DNA from: Malacoraja senta
Lineage: Eukaryota
Reading direction: 5' to 3'
Length of the DNA stretch: 64,000 nt
Assembly: GCA_038087875.1 (NCBI GenBank)
Contig: CM075996.1
Coordinates: 2,854,001-2,918,000, forward strand
Shown here: one piece after another, positions 1 through 12,260 of the stretch
Layout: the number at the start of each line of letters is the position of its first letter
Numbering within the stretch: position 1 is the stretch's first letter
Position numbers and translations under genes: made by a program
The notes under the pieces: generated by a model
The model's database searches: none
Seen by the model: only the letters and a program-made list of their open reading frames with translations
Told to the model about the DNA's origin: nothing

Positions 1-97
1 TTAAACTTATCTCGACACCCTAGCAACACTCATTTAAAAAATGTAAGATAAGACAGTTTCTCCTGCAACAGCCCCGACAATAAAAATAAACCCTTAC

Positions 98-227
98 CTT
101 CTTTCTTCCTTGCAGCTGGCACTTTTGTCCCTGTCTTTTGAATTGCTCCTTGTTGTTGACTTCTGCTTCCCACGGCCACTGTACAATTCCCCTTGTTACT
201 GGCCATATTGGATTTGACTTGGCCTAC
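98..227 (-). CDS. DLGAP5: Probable DLGAP5 fourth coding exon (divergent linker); gene continues beyond the window start
   Basis: ttcacacag acceptor in phase 0, open frame VGQVKSNMASNKG...PAARKKE, G|gtaagg donor. Weak sequence similarity, so the call rests on splice sites and phase. Confidence 0.7.
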
Positions 228-1530
228 CTGTGTGAAACAGCAAAGAATCAAATTAGTGGCATTCAGCCCCTCAACCCCGTTCTTCCATTCAACAAGATCA
301 CGGCTAATCTACTGTACTCTTCTCATAATCCTTTACTCTCTTAAAGAGAACCCCAACAATGCCTGGTTTGAATGAATTCAATGACTAAGCCTTAATTGGG
401 CAGGATAACTCCAAAGATTCAGCCAGAATACAAATATTTCCATCGCAACCCTCAGGCATACTTCTTGTTCTGACTCCAATTCCTAGTTCTAAATTACTCA
501 ACCAGGGAGAGCATTTTCAATCCATGGTGGTCTATGCTTAATTCCAAGTATTCTAGCCTTATATCACAAAGCCATCTATATTCACCAGATCTACTGGATT
601 AATTTAATCTACTCCATGTCACAATGTCAGAACATAAATTAGCTAAACATGATTTTCCTGACATAAATCTATGCTAATATTGTCGTTATTCATTCTCTTT
701 TTTATATCATCGTCGGTCCTAGCATTTTCTTAAACTACAGGTTTGAATTCTACTTTTGTCCCTTCTTAAATAGTGGGATTGTAGTAGAATCTACTAAATC
801 GCACGACAGAAGGCAAAGAACAAACGACACTTAGCTGAGCCCGACACCTCGTGCCTCTTTTATTCCAGAAGCCTCTTTTACCTACATCCTTACCAATCAT
901 AACCCGTGTGCAGATAAGGCCAATTAGTGCACCTGAGCTTGCAGTTGTTATTGAGCTCTTGTGGATGGACATTGTCGAGGCTACTGGCGAGTCGTCAGCG
1001 GTAACAGGCTGCATGCAAAACCAACGTGGGCGTGAAGGCGCCACACGATCACGTTTACAACCCTCTAATCTATAGGACCCATTCCAGAACACCCCCCCCC
1101 CCTCATTTTAAGAATGTACGAATCCTTCTTACTAGCTACTGATTTAAAAAAAAATCCTGTTGGGATCGTGTCTTAAATGAATTTCATGTGAAAAAGTCAA
1201 ATAATTTAATCCAAACACCTTAATATCTCACCCAAACACCCATATCTTGATTAGTACGAGTGTCATGGGTTATGGGGAGAAGGCAGGAGAACTGGGTAAG
1301 GTAGGAGAGATAGATCAGCCATGATTGAATGGCAGAGTAGACTTGATATGCCCAATTCTGCTCTTCTTATTTATGACTTAATGGTCCTATTCAACTCATT
1401 TTTCTTTCACTAAAGCCATATCAACCATATTGTAATCTATATAATGTTCAGGGACATTAACTGAGAAATTTCCAAACTGAACAGCAACATCAGAAGTCGC
1501 AAGAGCCCCATCTTTTTGATAAACCTTTAC

Positions 1531-1623
1531 CTTTGGAGCTACAAGTCCAGGCCCCGTTGCTGTCTTAGGCACATTTTTTGCCATTGATCTTGTTACCCTC
1601 ATTTCAGTAAATGGCAATGTTGC
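1531..1623 (-). CDS. DLGAP5: DLGAP5 third coding exon
   Basis: Poly-T tract plus cag acceptor; 93 nt, phase 0-0. ATLPFTEMRVTRSMAKNVPK... contains the DLGAP5 R(V/I)TRS motif. AAG|gtaaag donor. Confidence 0.85.
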
Positions 1624-3281
1624 CTGAAAAAAAAAGAACAAATTACAATTACAAAGTAAATAGCAACTCTGCTTCATTTAATCATTAACAATATGTATAC
1701 ATTGCTAATGAAAGGTAATTTATCCCTTGCGCTAAATTATCTTCAAACACAGGCACAATAACAAGTTTTCAACAAATTTGCATCCAAATCTAGTCTCGTT
1801 ATATTGAAATGCAGTTTTAGAATTGCTAATATACACTGGACATATAATGTGAGCCATACTGCAAATAAACTGAAAAATCAACAGCTGGTTAGACTCAAAT
1901 TGCAGAGACCACAATAAGCAAATCTAATACACATCTAGGAACCATCCAATTAATTCCTAAAAATAACTCAAGTGAATGCAGTAATTATAAAAGGAGAATG
2001 TTGGCATTCTTTGTTTCTGGCACTCTCCGGATCTTTATTTCCAAGTAGGAAAAGCTGTGAAACACCAAAGACCACATTTTGTTCCAATTGCCTATATTCT
2101 TTGTGCAAGCCTTATTTGCCTCACTTCAACTTGGAAAGCAACGTGAATTGGACAAGCAAGGTCAAATAAGAAGAACACCATCTGAACGAGCAAATTCTAT
2201 GATTTATTGAGCTGTTAGCTTATCTTTACATCCTCAATAATGGTCCAAAATCGATCACCCGTGGTTATAATTAACATTTGAAGCAGCATCAACCGTCATT
2301 TGCTTTGGAGAAAACTTTAAACTTGTATCACCCTCGGCATGCAAGTATTTGCTAACTTCCCTTCCAAAAAGTCCACAACTACTTTTAGATCGCATCCTTG
2401 GTCGTCAAAGGGAATGGAACACAATTTTCAATAATTTCTGACATTAATTTATACCAGGGGTTTTTGGGTACATCAATACATTCCTTCCAAGCTCTTGCTC
2501 AGGACATGCCACCCACATCTGCTCACCGCACAAACCATCATGCAGACATCAGCCAACAGTTCCATTGAAGGACTTGTATATTTTTTGGAAACATGGAAAC
2601 ATAACACCCATCAACAATCTGTTCCCCACAACATCTTCCTGGCAAGTGTAATGTCTGCCTGTAAGTGGTATAACTTGGTGATGGAACACACAAACCCTGG
2701 CCATCAAGATTTATTTGTATCAGCTTCAGTCTCGTCACGTGGAAATAAACTACAGCCAAATCCCAATCTAAATGCAAAGTTGAAGAAACCCATTAAAGCT
2801 ACTCCGGGGAGAGGTAATCAGCCTCTTGACCCGAAACGTCACCCATTCCTTCTATCCAGAGATGCTGCCTGTCACCAATATCACCAATTTTCAGTCACAC
2901 AGCATAGATGGCCACTTCAATCATTTAGCACTCATTTACACTATTGGATCAATGAGGTGGTATTACCGTATTACCTTCGTACCATCAAAGGTTTGTTGTT
3001 CAGTTTGTTTCTTATCAGTTGTAACCGAGTCAACAAGATGTACTTTGCCTCTGTGCTGATGTTCACAGACTTTCAAGGAGTCCCTTCCAACATAATTCTC
3101 TCCAAAGCTACCATTACCTTTCCTTTATACATTCTATCTTTGATGCAATGCCACTAATTCTCAGTCACACAGCATGAATGACCACTCCAATCATTGAACC
3201 CAAGGCAAGCACCACCATCTTCCCACGAGTCACAGCAGATGACTACATTTGCAAAGATGCTCCAATGCATGAACACCGTAC

Positions 3282-3475
3282 CTTCTCTTTGGATTTTGGT
3301 GGCAGAGGTTTTAAATCCCGGAATGGGATCGGGTCCGGCCTATAAACCCCAACCCGAAAGATAGGTTTGTGGTGCTCGCGTTGCGCTTTCAATTTCCGGA
3401 GGGCCTTTTCCTCCTTGTAGCGTTGCAGCATCGCCAGACGAGAAGCTGCTGCCGGCTCCTTAGCCTGGCAGGGTT
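3282..3475 (-). CDS. DLGAP5: DLGAP5 second coding exon (microtubule-binding region)
   Basis: ttgtag acceptor, G+AA=Glu in phase with the previous exon. RLAMLQRYKEEKALRKLKAQREHHKPIFRVGVYRPD matches DLGAP5 RKQMLQKYKEEKQLQKLKEQREK...IFKVGRYRPD. AAG|gtacgg donor (phase 0). Confidence 0.93.
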
Positions 3476-4660
3476 CTACAAATGCAAGAAGATTAAGCAA
3501 CACAAGCCGTAAAAAATTAAAAGGTTCTTCTGCATACAGTACTGTAGGAGACAAGACTTTTTACGTTGCTATAAATGGCACTGGAGATAAAGGAACAGAG
3601 CAGAACACCACAATCAGTACCTTTGAAAAATGAGACATGACCTTAGGCTTTGTCTAGAATGCTGCAAGGTGCCGAATTTGATCAAAAATCTGGTACAGAA
3701 TGAAGAACCCATTCATACCCATCTATAATTTTTGTCACAGTTTAGAGCATGAAACCCATTAGAACCAAGCTTAAATGGTTATCTGCAGAGATATCCAATT
3801 AGCCCATTCCCCCACTTAATAACCCTAGCCTCGAAAGTTATATCCTCTAAGTGGCAACCTAATTTCTATACGAAATCTTAGACCATCACCACTTCCAACA
3901 TATTCATAAGCATCAAGTTCCAGGACTTATCTCTTGCTGCATCAAAAAACGTTCACATCTTCCTTGTATCGTTTGCCCAGAATCTCAAATCCACATTCTA
4001 ATTACCCAGTTTGAAACCCAAGATGCTTTGATAATTAAAGACAAAGTACCAGATTAATTCAGCAGGAATCTATAGTCACACCGCACTATAATAGTCTATA
4101 ATTCAGCAGGTCACACCGCACATATGGAGAACATGGGACAGATTGGGTCAGTCAGAAGGGACAACGTCTAAATTATCCACGTTCTCTAGAGATGTAGCCT
4201 GATCTGCTGAATTACTCCAACACTAACTTTTCTTGCAAACCAGCTGCAAGAAAAGATAGCAAATGGGCGGCTTGAATGTGCAGTTCCTGCCTGGATTAGT
4301 AACCTCTCTTCAGAGTCTTGCACATTAACTCTCATATTCATGCTCTCAGAAATCCATTAGCCACCCACCACTACCCTCCCTTCCCAAACATCACCCACTC
4401 CCCACCACCCCCTCCCTAACTACACATCCTCCTACCCCCTCCACCCACTTCTCCCTCCCACCCTCCTACCCCCAGCCCGCCTGCTCCGATATCCACTCCA
4501 ACCCACCACTACCTTCCCTTCCCAAATATCACCCACCTCACTCTCGCTCCCAACTTGATGGATTTAAGAGAGAGTTAGATAGAGCTCTAGGGGCTAGTGG
4601 AGTCAAGGGATATGGGGAGAAGGCAGGCACGGGTTATTGATCAGCCATGATCACAATGAA

Positions 4661-5340
4661 GGTACACAAAAATGCTGGAGAAACTCAGCGGGTGCAGCAG
4701 CATCTATGGAGCGAAGGAAATAGGTAACGTTTCGGGCCGAAACCCTTCTTCAGACTGATAGGGGGTGGGGAGAAGAAAGGAAAAAAGGAAAAAAAGGCGA
4801 AGGAGGAGCCCGAGGGCTGGGGGATGGGAGGAGACAACCAGACGGCTGATGAAGGGGAGGGGACAGCAAGGGCTAGCAGAATTGGGAGAATTCAATGTTC
4901 AAGCCCCCAGGATGTAGACTGCCCAAGCGGAATATGAGGTGCATTTTCCTCCAATTTACGGTGTTGCTCGCTGTGGCCATGGAGGAGACCCAGGACAGAG
5001 AGGTCAGATACGGAATGGGAGGGGGAGTTGAAGTGCTGAGCCACCGGGAGGTCAGGTTGGTTATTGCGGACCGACCGGAGGTGTTCGGCGAAACGATCGC
5101 CAAGCCTCCGCTTGGTCTCACCGATGTAGATCAGCTGGCATCTAGAGCAGCGGATGCAATAGATGAGGTTGGAGGAGATGCAGGTGAACCTCTGTCGCAC
5201 CTGGAACGACTGCTTGGGTCCTTGAATGGAGTAGAGGGGGGAGGTGAAGGGACAAGTGTTGCAGGGGAAAGTACCAGGGGAGGGGGTGGTATGGGAGGGA
5301 AGGGAAGAATTGACAAGGGTCAATTGACAATGAGATCCTT
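4661..5340 (-). mobile_element. Penelope-like element, 3' part (GIY-YIG endonuclease plus terminal repeat), in DLGAP5 intron
   Basis: ORF FTCISSNLIYCIRCSRCQLIYIGETKRRLGDRFAEHLRSV...HF (GIY-YIG). Inserted into a CR1 3' tail, flanked by ccatga(t/c)cacaatgaa at 4646-4660 and 5343-5358. Confidence 0.85.
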
Positions 5341-5424
5341 ACCCATGACCACAATGAATGTTGGTGCAGGCTCGAAGGGCCAAATGGCCTCCTCCTGCAC
5401 ATATTTTCTATGTTTCTATGTAAC

Positions 5425-5590
5425 TCTCCCCTCTTCCTTCCCCCCACCACCTCCCCCCACCACCTCCCACCCTCCCTCCTCCCTCCCTCTCCCCCCCCTT
5501 CCTCCTCCCTCCCACCCACCCCACTTCCTCCCACCCACCACCACCACCACCGCGGCTCCCCTCCCCTCCCCCTCCCCTCCCCCCCCTCAC
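5425..5590. repeat. C-rich low-complexity tract (G-rich on the DLGAP5 sense strand); a similar tract lies at 4360-4550
   Basis: Directly visible. Confidence 0.85.
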
Positions 5591-5762
5591 CCGCGGCTTC
5601 CTCAAGGATGGGCGGCTCGAAGCGGCGGCTCTTGCGGAAGGCGACCTGGCGGTTCTCCTTCTGGGCGACGGAGCGGCGGCGGGCGCGCTTCACCCGCAGC
5701 GCCTCGGTGTTCAGCCCCGCCGTCTTGTAGCGCTCGGCGAAGCGGCTGCCCGCGGCCTCCAT
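5591..5762 (-). CDS. DLGAP5: DLGAP5 (HURP) first coding exon
   Basis: gccgccATGG Kozak at 5762. Translates MEAAGSRFAERYKTAGLNTEALRVKRARRRSVAQKENRQVAFRKSRRF..., matching the DLGAP5 N-terminus (SxFAxRxxK...RKSLSQKENR, KEN box). Ends at G|gtgagg donor (phase 1). Confidence 0.9.
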
Positions 5763-5939
5763 GGCGGCGACGGCTCCTCTTCGGGGGGGCTTCGGCTCTC
5801 GGAGCTTCGGGGGGGACTCGGGTCTCGACTCTCAGGAGCTTCGGGGGGGACTCGGGTCCCGACCCTCAGGGGCTTCGGGCGGCCGAGTGGGGTGAGGCGG
5901 ACCGGGCAGAGCGAACCTCGCGAGCGGGGGATCGTCAAC

Positions 5940-6220
5940 AGCATCAATGAAGTGAAGGGAATGGGTGACGTTGGCAACCGCCGTCCGTTTTGAATCTCTC
6001 CACTCCCCATTGGCTAATCCCAGGCGCCTCCCTCGCTCCCGATTGCTCCATTCCTCCCCGGCAACGCGGGCGGCGACCAATTAACGCGCAGCCCCATCAT
6101 CGCCGCCCTTCGATTGGCCGCTGGTCCAATGAGAAGCTGAGAGAAACGCACCGCTCTGATTGGCCCCTGCACACCGTCCAATGACGCACGAGGGCACGTC
6201 AACAGTGCATTCTGATTGGA
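5940..6220 (-). promoter_or_regulatory. DLGAP5 promoter: CpG-rich, CCAAT (NF-Y) cluster and CHR-like element
   Basis: CCAAT/ATTGG at 6009, 6077, 6113, 6126, 6159, 6178 and 6215; TTTGAA at 5989-5994; CpG-rich from ~5590 to 6400; no TATA box seen. Confidence 0.75.
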
Positions 6221-6221
6221 G

Positions 6222-6380
6222 GGAAACCGGGGGGGGAGGGGGGAAGGAGGGGAGCACCCGGAGGAAACCCACGCAGTTCGGGGCAGAACGTGCCAACTCC
6301 GCACACACAGCACCCGTGGTCAGGATCGAACCCGGGTCTCCGGCATCGTGAGGCAGCAACTCTACCGGCTGCGCCACCGC
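6222..6380 (-). mobile_element. HE1/V-type SINE head next to the DLGAP5 promoter
   Basis: Reverse complement of gcggtggcgcagccggtagagttgctgcctcac...ccgggttcgatcctgacc. Confidence 0.8.
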
Positions 6381-6619
6381 ACACTTCCGAAGCACCGCTA
6401 GCCCAGAAGGTTTTCTTCCGTGCATTTGCGTAGGGAGGAACTGCAGATGCAACCGAAGATTGAACCGAAGATCTTCGATCCTTTTGTTCTGCTAGAAGCA
6501 TTACGAAGCTGGAGAACGGACCCTCCAGATGGACACGAAATACTGGAGTCTTATCGAGTCCACATCATAAGATCAAAAACGGTTCAGCCATAGTTGGACA
6601 CACTTCTCGGCATCTGCAT

Positions 6620-7385
6620 ACATAGAAACATTGAAAATAGGTGCAGGAGTAGGCCATTCGGCCCTTCGAGCCTGCACCGCCATTAGAATATGATCATGGC
6701 TGATCATCCAACTCAGTATCCTGTACCTGCCTTCTCTCCATACCCCCTGATCCCTTTAGCCACAAGGGCCACATCTAACTCCCTCTTAAATATAGCCAAT
6801 GAACTGGCCTCAACTACCTTCTGTGGCAGAGAATTCCACAGATTCACCACTCTCTGTGTAAAAAATGATTTTCTCATCTCGGTCCTAAAAGACTTCCCTC
6901 TTATCCTTAAACTGTGACCCCTAGTTCTGGACTTCCCCAACATCGGGAATAATCTTCCTGCATCTAGCCTGTCCAACCCGTTAAGAATTTTGTAAGCTTC
7001 TATAAGATCCCCCCTCAATCTTCTAAATTCTAGCGTGTACAAGCCGAGTCTATCCAGTCTTTCTTCATATGAAAGTCCTGACATCCCAGGAATCAGTCTG
7101 GTGAACCTTCTCTGTACTCCCTCTATGGCAAGAATGTCTTTCCTCAGATTAGGGAGACCAAAACTGTACGCAATACTCCAGGTGTGGTCTCACCAAGACC
7201 CTGTACAACTGCAGTAGAACCTCCCTGCTCTTATACTCAAATCCTTTTGCTATGAATGCTAACATACCATTTGCTTTCTTCACTGCCTGCTGCACCTGCA
7301 TGCCTACTTTCAATGATTGGTGTACCATGACACCCAGGTCTCGTTGCATCTCCCCTTTTCCTAATCGGCCACCATTCAGATAATA
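6620..7385 (-). mobile_element. CR1 LINE 3' end (RT C-terminus and 3' UTR)
   Basis: RDLGVMV...KKANGMLAFI...LVRPHLEYCVQFWSP and LSYEERLDRLGLYTLEFRRLRGDLIE...RTRGHSL...FFTQRVVNLWNSLP. Confidence 0.92.
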
Positions 7386-7714
7386 CAATGGCATCTTGCG
7401 CTTCTTGTGCTTCTTGTGCGTAGTGGTGGAAAGATTCGGTAGAAATAGGGCCGCGACTTGGACGCTCTTTCCTTGACCCCAATGCTGGAGTAACTCAGTG
7501 GGACAGGCAGCATCTCTGGAGAGAAGGAATGGGTGACGTTTCAGGTCGAGAACCTTCCTCAGACTGAATCAGGGAGGACCTTCAGGCGGGTATGAAGCAC
7601 CACGATACCACGTGGTTCATGACGTTAGTACGGGTGTCAGCGATTATGGGGAAAAGGCAGGAGAATGGTGTTAGGCGGGGGATATAGATCAGCCGTGATT
7701 GAATGGAAGAGTAG

Positions 7715-8018
7715 ATTTAGTTTAGTTTAGAGATACAGCGAGGAAACAGGCTCTTCGACCCACCGGGTCCGCACCGACCAGTGATCCCTGCATATTAACA
7801 TCCTACACAAACACTAGGGACAATTTTTACATTTACCAAGCCAATTTACCTTGATACCTATACGTCGTTGGAGTGTGGGAGGAAACTGAAGATCTCAGAG
7901 AAAACCCACACAGTCATGGGGAGAACGTACAAACTCCGTACATACAGCACCCATAGTCGAACCAGGGTCTCTGGCGCTGCAAGAGCTGTAAGGCAACAAC
8001 TCTACCGCTGTGCCACAG
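7715..8018 (-). mobile_element. HE1/V-type SINE (other minus-strand copies near 11570, 13795, 14385, 21490, 31665, 32360, 42728, 43320, 49052, 52726, 60015, 62990)
   Basis: Reverse complement of the consensus, with (tttag)n at the left end. Confidence 0.85.
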
Positions 8019-8859
8019 TGCTGACCATGATGGGCCGAATGGAGTAATGTTGCTCCTATCACTTATGGACGTATGAACCATACCCACAGTGTACAGTTTA
8101 AAACTACAATGGAGCGATTGCAATGAATAATTGGAGATCGACTTCTGGGACCAGCACACAGGGTGCTGCCTAGCTAGTCCTGTGCAATAACACAATGACA
8201 CAACAATAAATAAACAATAAAACAATAAATCAGCTAAGCCCCTCTGCCCAACCCATTTCTCCCACTATCCTGCCCCCTTTCACCTCCCAACCCTGGGTTC
8301 CTCCCTCTTCTTCTGAAAATAGGTGCAGGAGTAGGCCATTCGACCCTTGAGCCATCACTGCCATTCAATATGATCATAGCTGATCATCCAAAACCGTTCC
8401 TGCTTTCTACCCATATCCCTTGATTCCGTTAGCCCTAAGAGCTACTGTATACCTAACTTTCTCTTGAAAACATCCAGTGAATGGGCCTCCATTGCCTTCT
8501 GTGTCTTTTTTGCATCTGCAGTATAGTTGGTCACAGAGTCATACAGCGTGGAAAGAAGCCCTTCAGCCCAACTCGTCCATTCTGACCAAGGTGCCCATCT
8601 AAGCTAGTCCCATTTGCCTGCATTTGACCCATAGCCCTCCAAACCATCCATGTACCTCTACTACAATCAGTCTGAAGAAGGGTCCCAAGCTGAAATATCA
8701 TCTATCCGTGTCCTCCCGAGTAGCTGTCTAGCTGTCCAAGTGTCATGCACCAATTTAGATTTTTACGCATTTTGCAAATAACATGTAGTGAGCTTTATCG
8801 TAACCCCCAACACAACCTCACCACTGAACTACTATGAACTTTGCGTAAGACTAAAACAC

Positions 8860-9605
8860 AAGGAACTGCAGATGCTGGCATCTTGAGTGAAAAACAAAGC
8901 AACTCAGCGGGTCAGGCAGCATTTCCGGAGGACATGGAAAGGTGACATTTTAGGGTCAGGATCCATCTTCAGTCCCATTGTATTCCGACTCATGCCTGCC
9001 TTGGCTTACGCGATCTCCTGGTTTCCCAACATTTTAACTCTCCTTCCCATTCCCATACTGACATTTCTGTCCTGGGCCTCCTCCACTGTTAGAGTCAGGC
9101 CACATGCAAATTGGAGGAACAGAACCTCACATTTTGTTGGTAGATACATAATGCTGGAGTAACTCAGCGGGTCAGGCAGCATCTCTGGAGAGAAGGAATG
9201 GGCGATGACCCAAAACCCAAGAGTCTACCTTCGATTTAAACCAGCATCTTTAGTTCTTTCTTACTCATATTTTGTTGCGCAGCTTACAACCCAGCAGTAT
9301 GAATATTGATCTGTCTAATTTCAAGTAACCCCTGCACTCCCTCTCTTCCCCCCTCCCCCACCCCAGTCATCCTAAAAGTTCTCCTGTTTGCATCCCTGTA
9401 TCTCCTTGTTATCACCCCCAGCCCACAATGGGCTAAAATGGACTCCACCCTTCCATGGTCATCTGTTGCCCACCCTGCTTTTTTCTGGCCTTTTCTTATC
9501 TCCAGTTACCCCCCACACTTCTTTCAGTCTGATGAAGGGTCACGACACGAAACGGCACCCATCCTTTTTCTCCAGAGATGCTGCCTGACCCCCGAGATGC
9601 TGAGT
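8860..9605 (+). mobile_element. Degraded Penelope-like fragments, with a further terminal-repeat unit nested inside
   Basis: HFNSPSHSHTD-type coding remnant at ~9010-9140 and ~9270-9330; terminal repeat with ctgatgaaggg...gaaac at 9529. Confidence 0.65.
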
Positions 9606-10377
9606 TTAGTTTTACTTTCATTCAGAGACACAGCACGGAAACAGGCCCATCGGCCCACCGAGCCAATTAGCCTATAAACCTGAGGTAGACACAAAATGCT
9701 GGAGTAACCCAGCGGGACAGGCTGCATCTCTGGAGAGAAGGAATGGGTGGCCTTTCGGGTCAAGACCCTTCTTCATACTGAAACGTCACCCATTCCTTCT
9801 CTCTAGAGATGCTGCCTGTCCCGCTGAGTTACTCCAGCATTTTGTGTCTACCTCTGATTTAAACCAGCATCTGCAGTTCTACAAACCTGCACTTCTTTGG
9901 AGTGTGGGAGGAAACCGAAGATCTCGGAGAAAACCCGCGCAGGTCACGGGGAGAACGTACAAACTCTGTATAGTCAAGCTCCTGTAGTCAGGATCAAACC
10001 TGGGCCTGTGGCACTATAAGGCAGCAACTCTACCACTGCAACATTGTGCCGCCCTACTCCAGCACGTTGTGTAAATAGTAATCACCCAACATGTGATATA
10101 TTCTGTTCCATTTTATTCTGTGCAGGATTCACACGTTGTGTCCCTCACCAGCACATCGCCTGGAGTCTGAATATATACAAGAGGTAAGATTTGTATCTTA
10201 CAGTGAAACTTAAAAATGGAGCTCTGGGAATAACAAAACACAACATTGTTTTAGCTGGAAGGCAAACAAAAAATACATCAGACCAGAGAAGGTGCATGAA
10301 GTTAAAGCAACTTTTGCATGTGTTTTTTAAGATGTCATACCACTGACAAGGCCATTACACATATTCCTATCCTTAAT

Positions 10378-10672
10378 TAAGAATAAGGAGTAAGCCATTT
10401 AGAACGGAGACGAGGAAACACTTTTTCTCACAGAGAGTGGTGAGTCTGTGGAATTCTCTGCCTCAGAGGGCGGTGGAGGCAGGTTCTCTGGATGCTTTCA
10501 AGAGAGTGCTAGATAGGGCTCTTAAAAATAGCGGAGTCAGGGGATATGGGGAGAAGGCAGGAACGGGGTACTGATTGGGGATGATCAGCCATGCTCACAT
10601 TGAATGGCGGTGCTGGCTCAAAGGGCCATATGGCCTGCTCCTGCACCTATTGTCTATTGTCTATTGTCTATT
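10378..10672 (+). mobile_element. CR1 LINE 3' tail
   Basis: FFSQRVVSLWNSLP coding remnant; 3' UTR ending (ctattgt)n. Near-identical copies at 28685-29005, 44432-44728 and 53984-54263. Confidence 0.85.
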
Positions 10673-10764
10673 AATTGCCTTTGCCAATGTGGTGGTTTGT
10701 GGTCTTCCTGAATTAATGCTTTTTTTTTGATGGAGGTTCCCCCACAGAACTATTTTAGACTATA

Positions 10765-11560
10765 GATTTCAGTTCAGTTTAGTTTATTGTCACGTGTGCC
10801 GAGGTACAGTGAAAAGCTTTTTGTTGCATGCTAACCAGTCAGCAGAAAGACAATACATGATTACAATCGATCCATTTACAGTGGATAGATACATGATAAG
10901 GGAAGAACATTTAGTGCAAGGTATAGCCAGCAAAGTCCGATCAAGGATAGTCTGAGGGTCATCAAAGAGGTAGATAGTAGTTCAGCACTGTTTTCTGGTT
11001 GTGGTAGGATGATTCTGTTGCCTGATAACAGCTGAGAAGAGACTGTTCCTGAATCATTACACTTTTTACACTTCTATACCTTTTCCCTGATGGGAGAGGG
11101 GAGAAGAGGGAGTGGCTAGGGCGCGACTCGTCCTTGATTGTGCTGCTGGCCTTGCCGAGGTAGCGGTGTAGATGGAGTCAATGGAAGGGAGGTCGGTTTG
11201 TGTGACGGTCTGAGCTACGTCCACTGTTCACTGCAATTTCTTGCGGTCTTGGATGGAGCTGAATGAATGAATGAATGAATGAATGAATACGTTTATTGTC
11301 ATTGCACAATACTGTGCAACGAAATTCCATTGCATCTCCTCCGGTTATAAAATACAAACACGACAACCATTGACACATATGTACACTTATTTGTAAAAAT
11401 AATAAATAAGTATTTTAAAAGAATTTTAAAAGCTGTTCCCAAACCAAGCTATGATGCATCCCGATAAAATGCTTTCTGCCTTCTATGGTGCATCTGTAAA
11501 AGTTGGTGAGAGTTGTAGGGGTCATGCCAAACTTCTGAAGCCTTCTAAGGAAGTAGAGGC
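10765..11560 (-). mobile_element. Rex1/Babar-type 3' fragments
   Basis: RLYFLRRLQKFGMTPTTLTNFYRCTIE (11415-11606 ORF) and a typical 3' UTR ending in aataaa plus short repeats. Confidence 0.75.
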
Positions 11561-12044
11561 GGAGATGCATGGCAAAAACAGGCCCGTCGCCCAACCGAGT
11601 CCGCACTGACCAGCAATCATACCGTTTACTAGCACTATCCTACCGACACACTAGGGTCAACTTACGATTTTTACTGAAGCCAATTAACCTACAAACCTGC
11701 AAGTCTTTGAAGTGTGGAGGGAGACCAGAGCACCTGGAGAAAACCCACGCAGGTCACAGGGAGAACGTACAAACTCCGTACAGAGAGCACCCGTAGTGAG
11801 GATTGAACCCTGGTCTCTGGCGCTGTGAGGCAGCAACTCTACCGCTTCTCCGCTGTGCTGCCTTTATAAATGCCCTGGGAAAATATTGGTTTAGTTTAGT
11901 TTATTATTGCCACGTATACCACGGTACAATGAAAAGCTTTTTTATTGCGTGCTATCCAGTCAGCGAAAATACTATACATGATTACAATCGAGCCGTCCAC
12001 AGAGTACAGATATAGGATGGAAGGGATGATATTTAGCCTGGCGA

Positions 12045-12260
12045 CAGCGGTGGGGCATTAGCTGCGGTGGAGTCTCGGTGGCAGTGAAGTCTCGCAGCGG
12101 CGGTGGAGCCTCTCGTGGGGGTGGAGCCTCGGCAGCGGTGGTGCCTCGTGGCGGTGGTGGAGCCTCAGTGGCGGGTGGAGGGTCGCAGCATAGGGGCCAA
12201 GGCGGAGGTGGAGCCTCGTGACGGCGGTGGAGCCTCGTGGCGGTGGAGCCTCGTGGGTTG
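12045..12260 (+). repeat. GC-rich degenerate tandem repeat
   Basis: About 8-9 copies of gcggtggagcctc(gtg). Confidence 0.85.

Noticed and set aside
2495..3157. 220-aa plus-strand ORF
   Set aside because: Non-ATG start, includes repeat sequence, antisense within a DLGAP5 intron, no recognisable domain.
4895..5950. 351-aa plus-strand ORF
   Set aside because: Chimera of antisense Penelope, a CR1 tail, a C-rich tract and the antisense of the DLGAP5 first exon; GC-rich shadow ORF.
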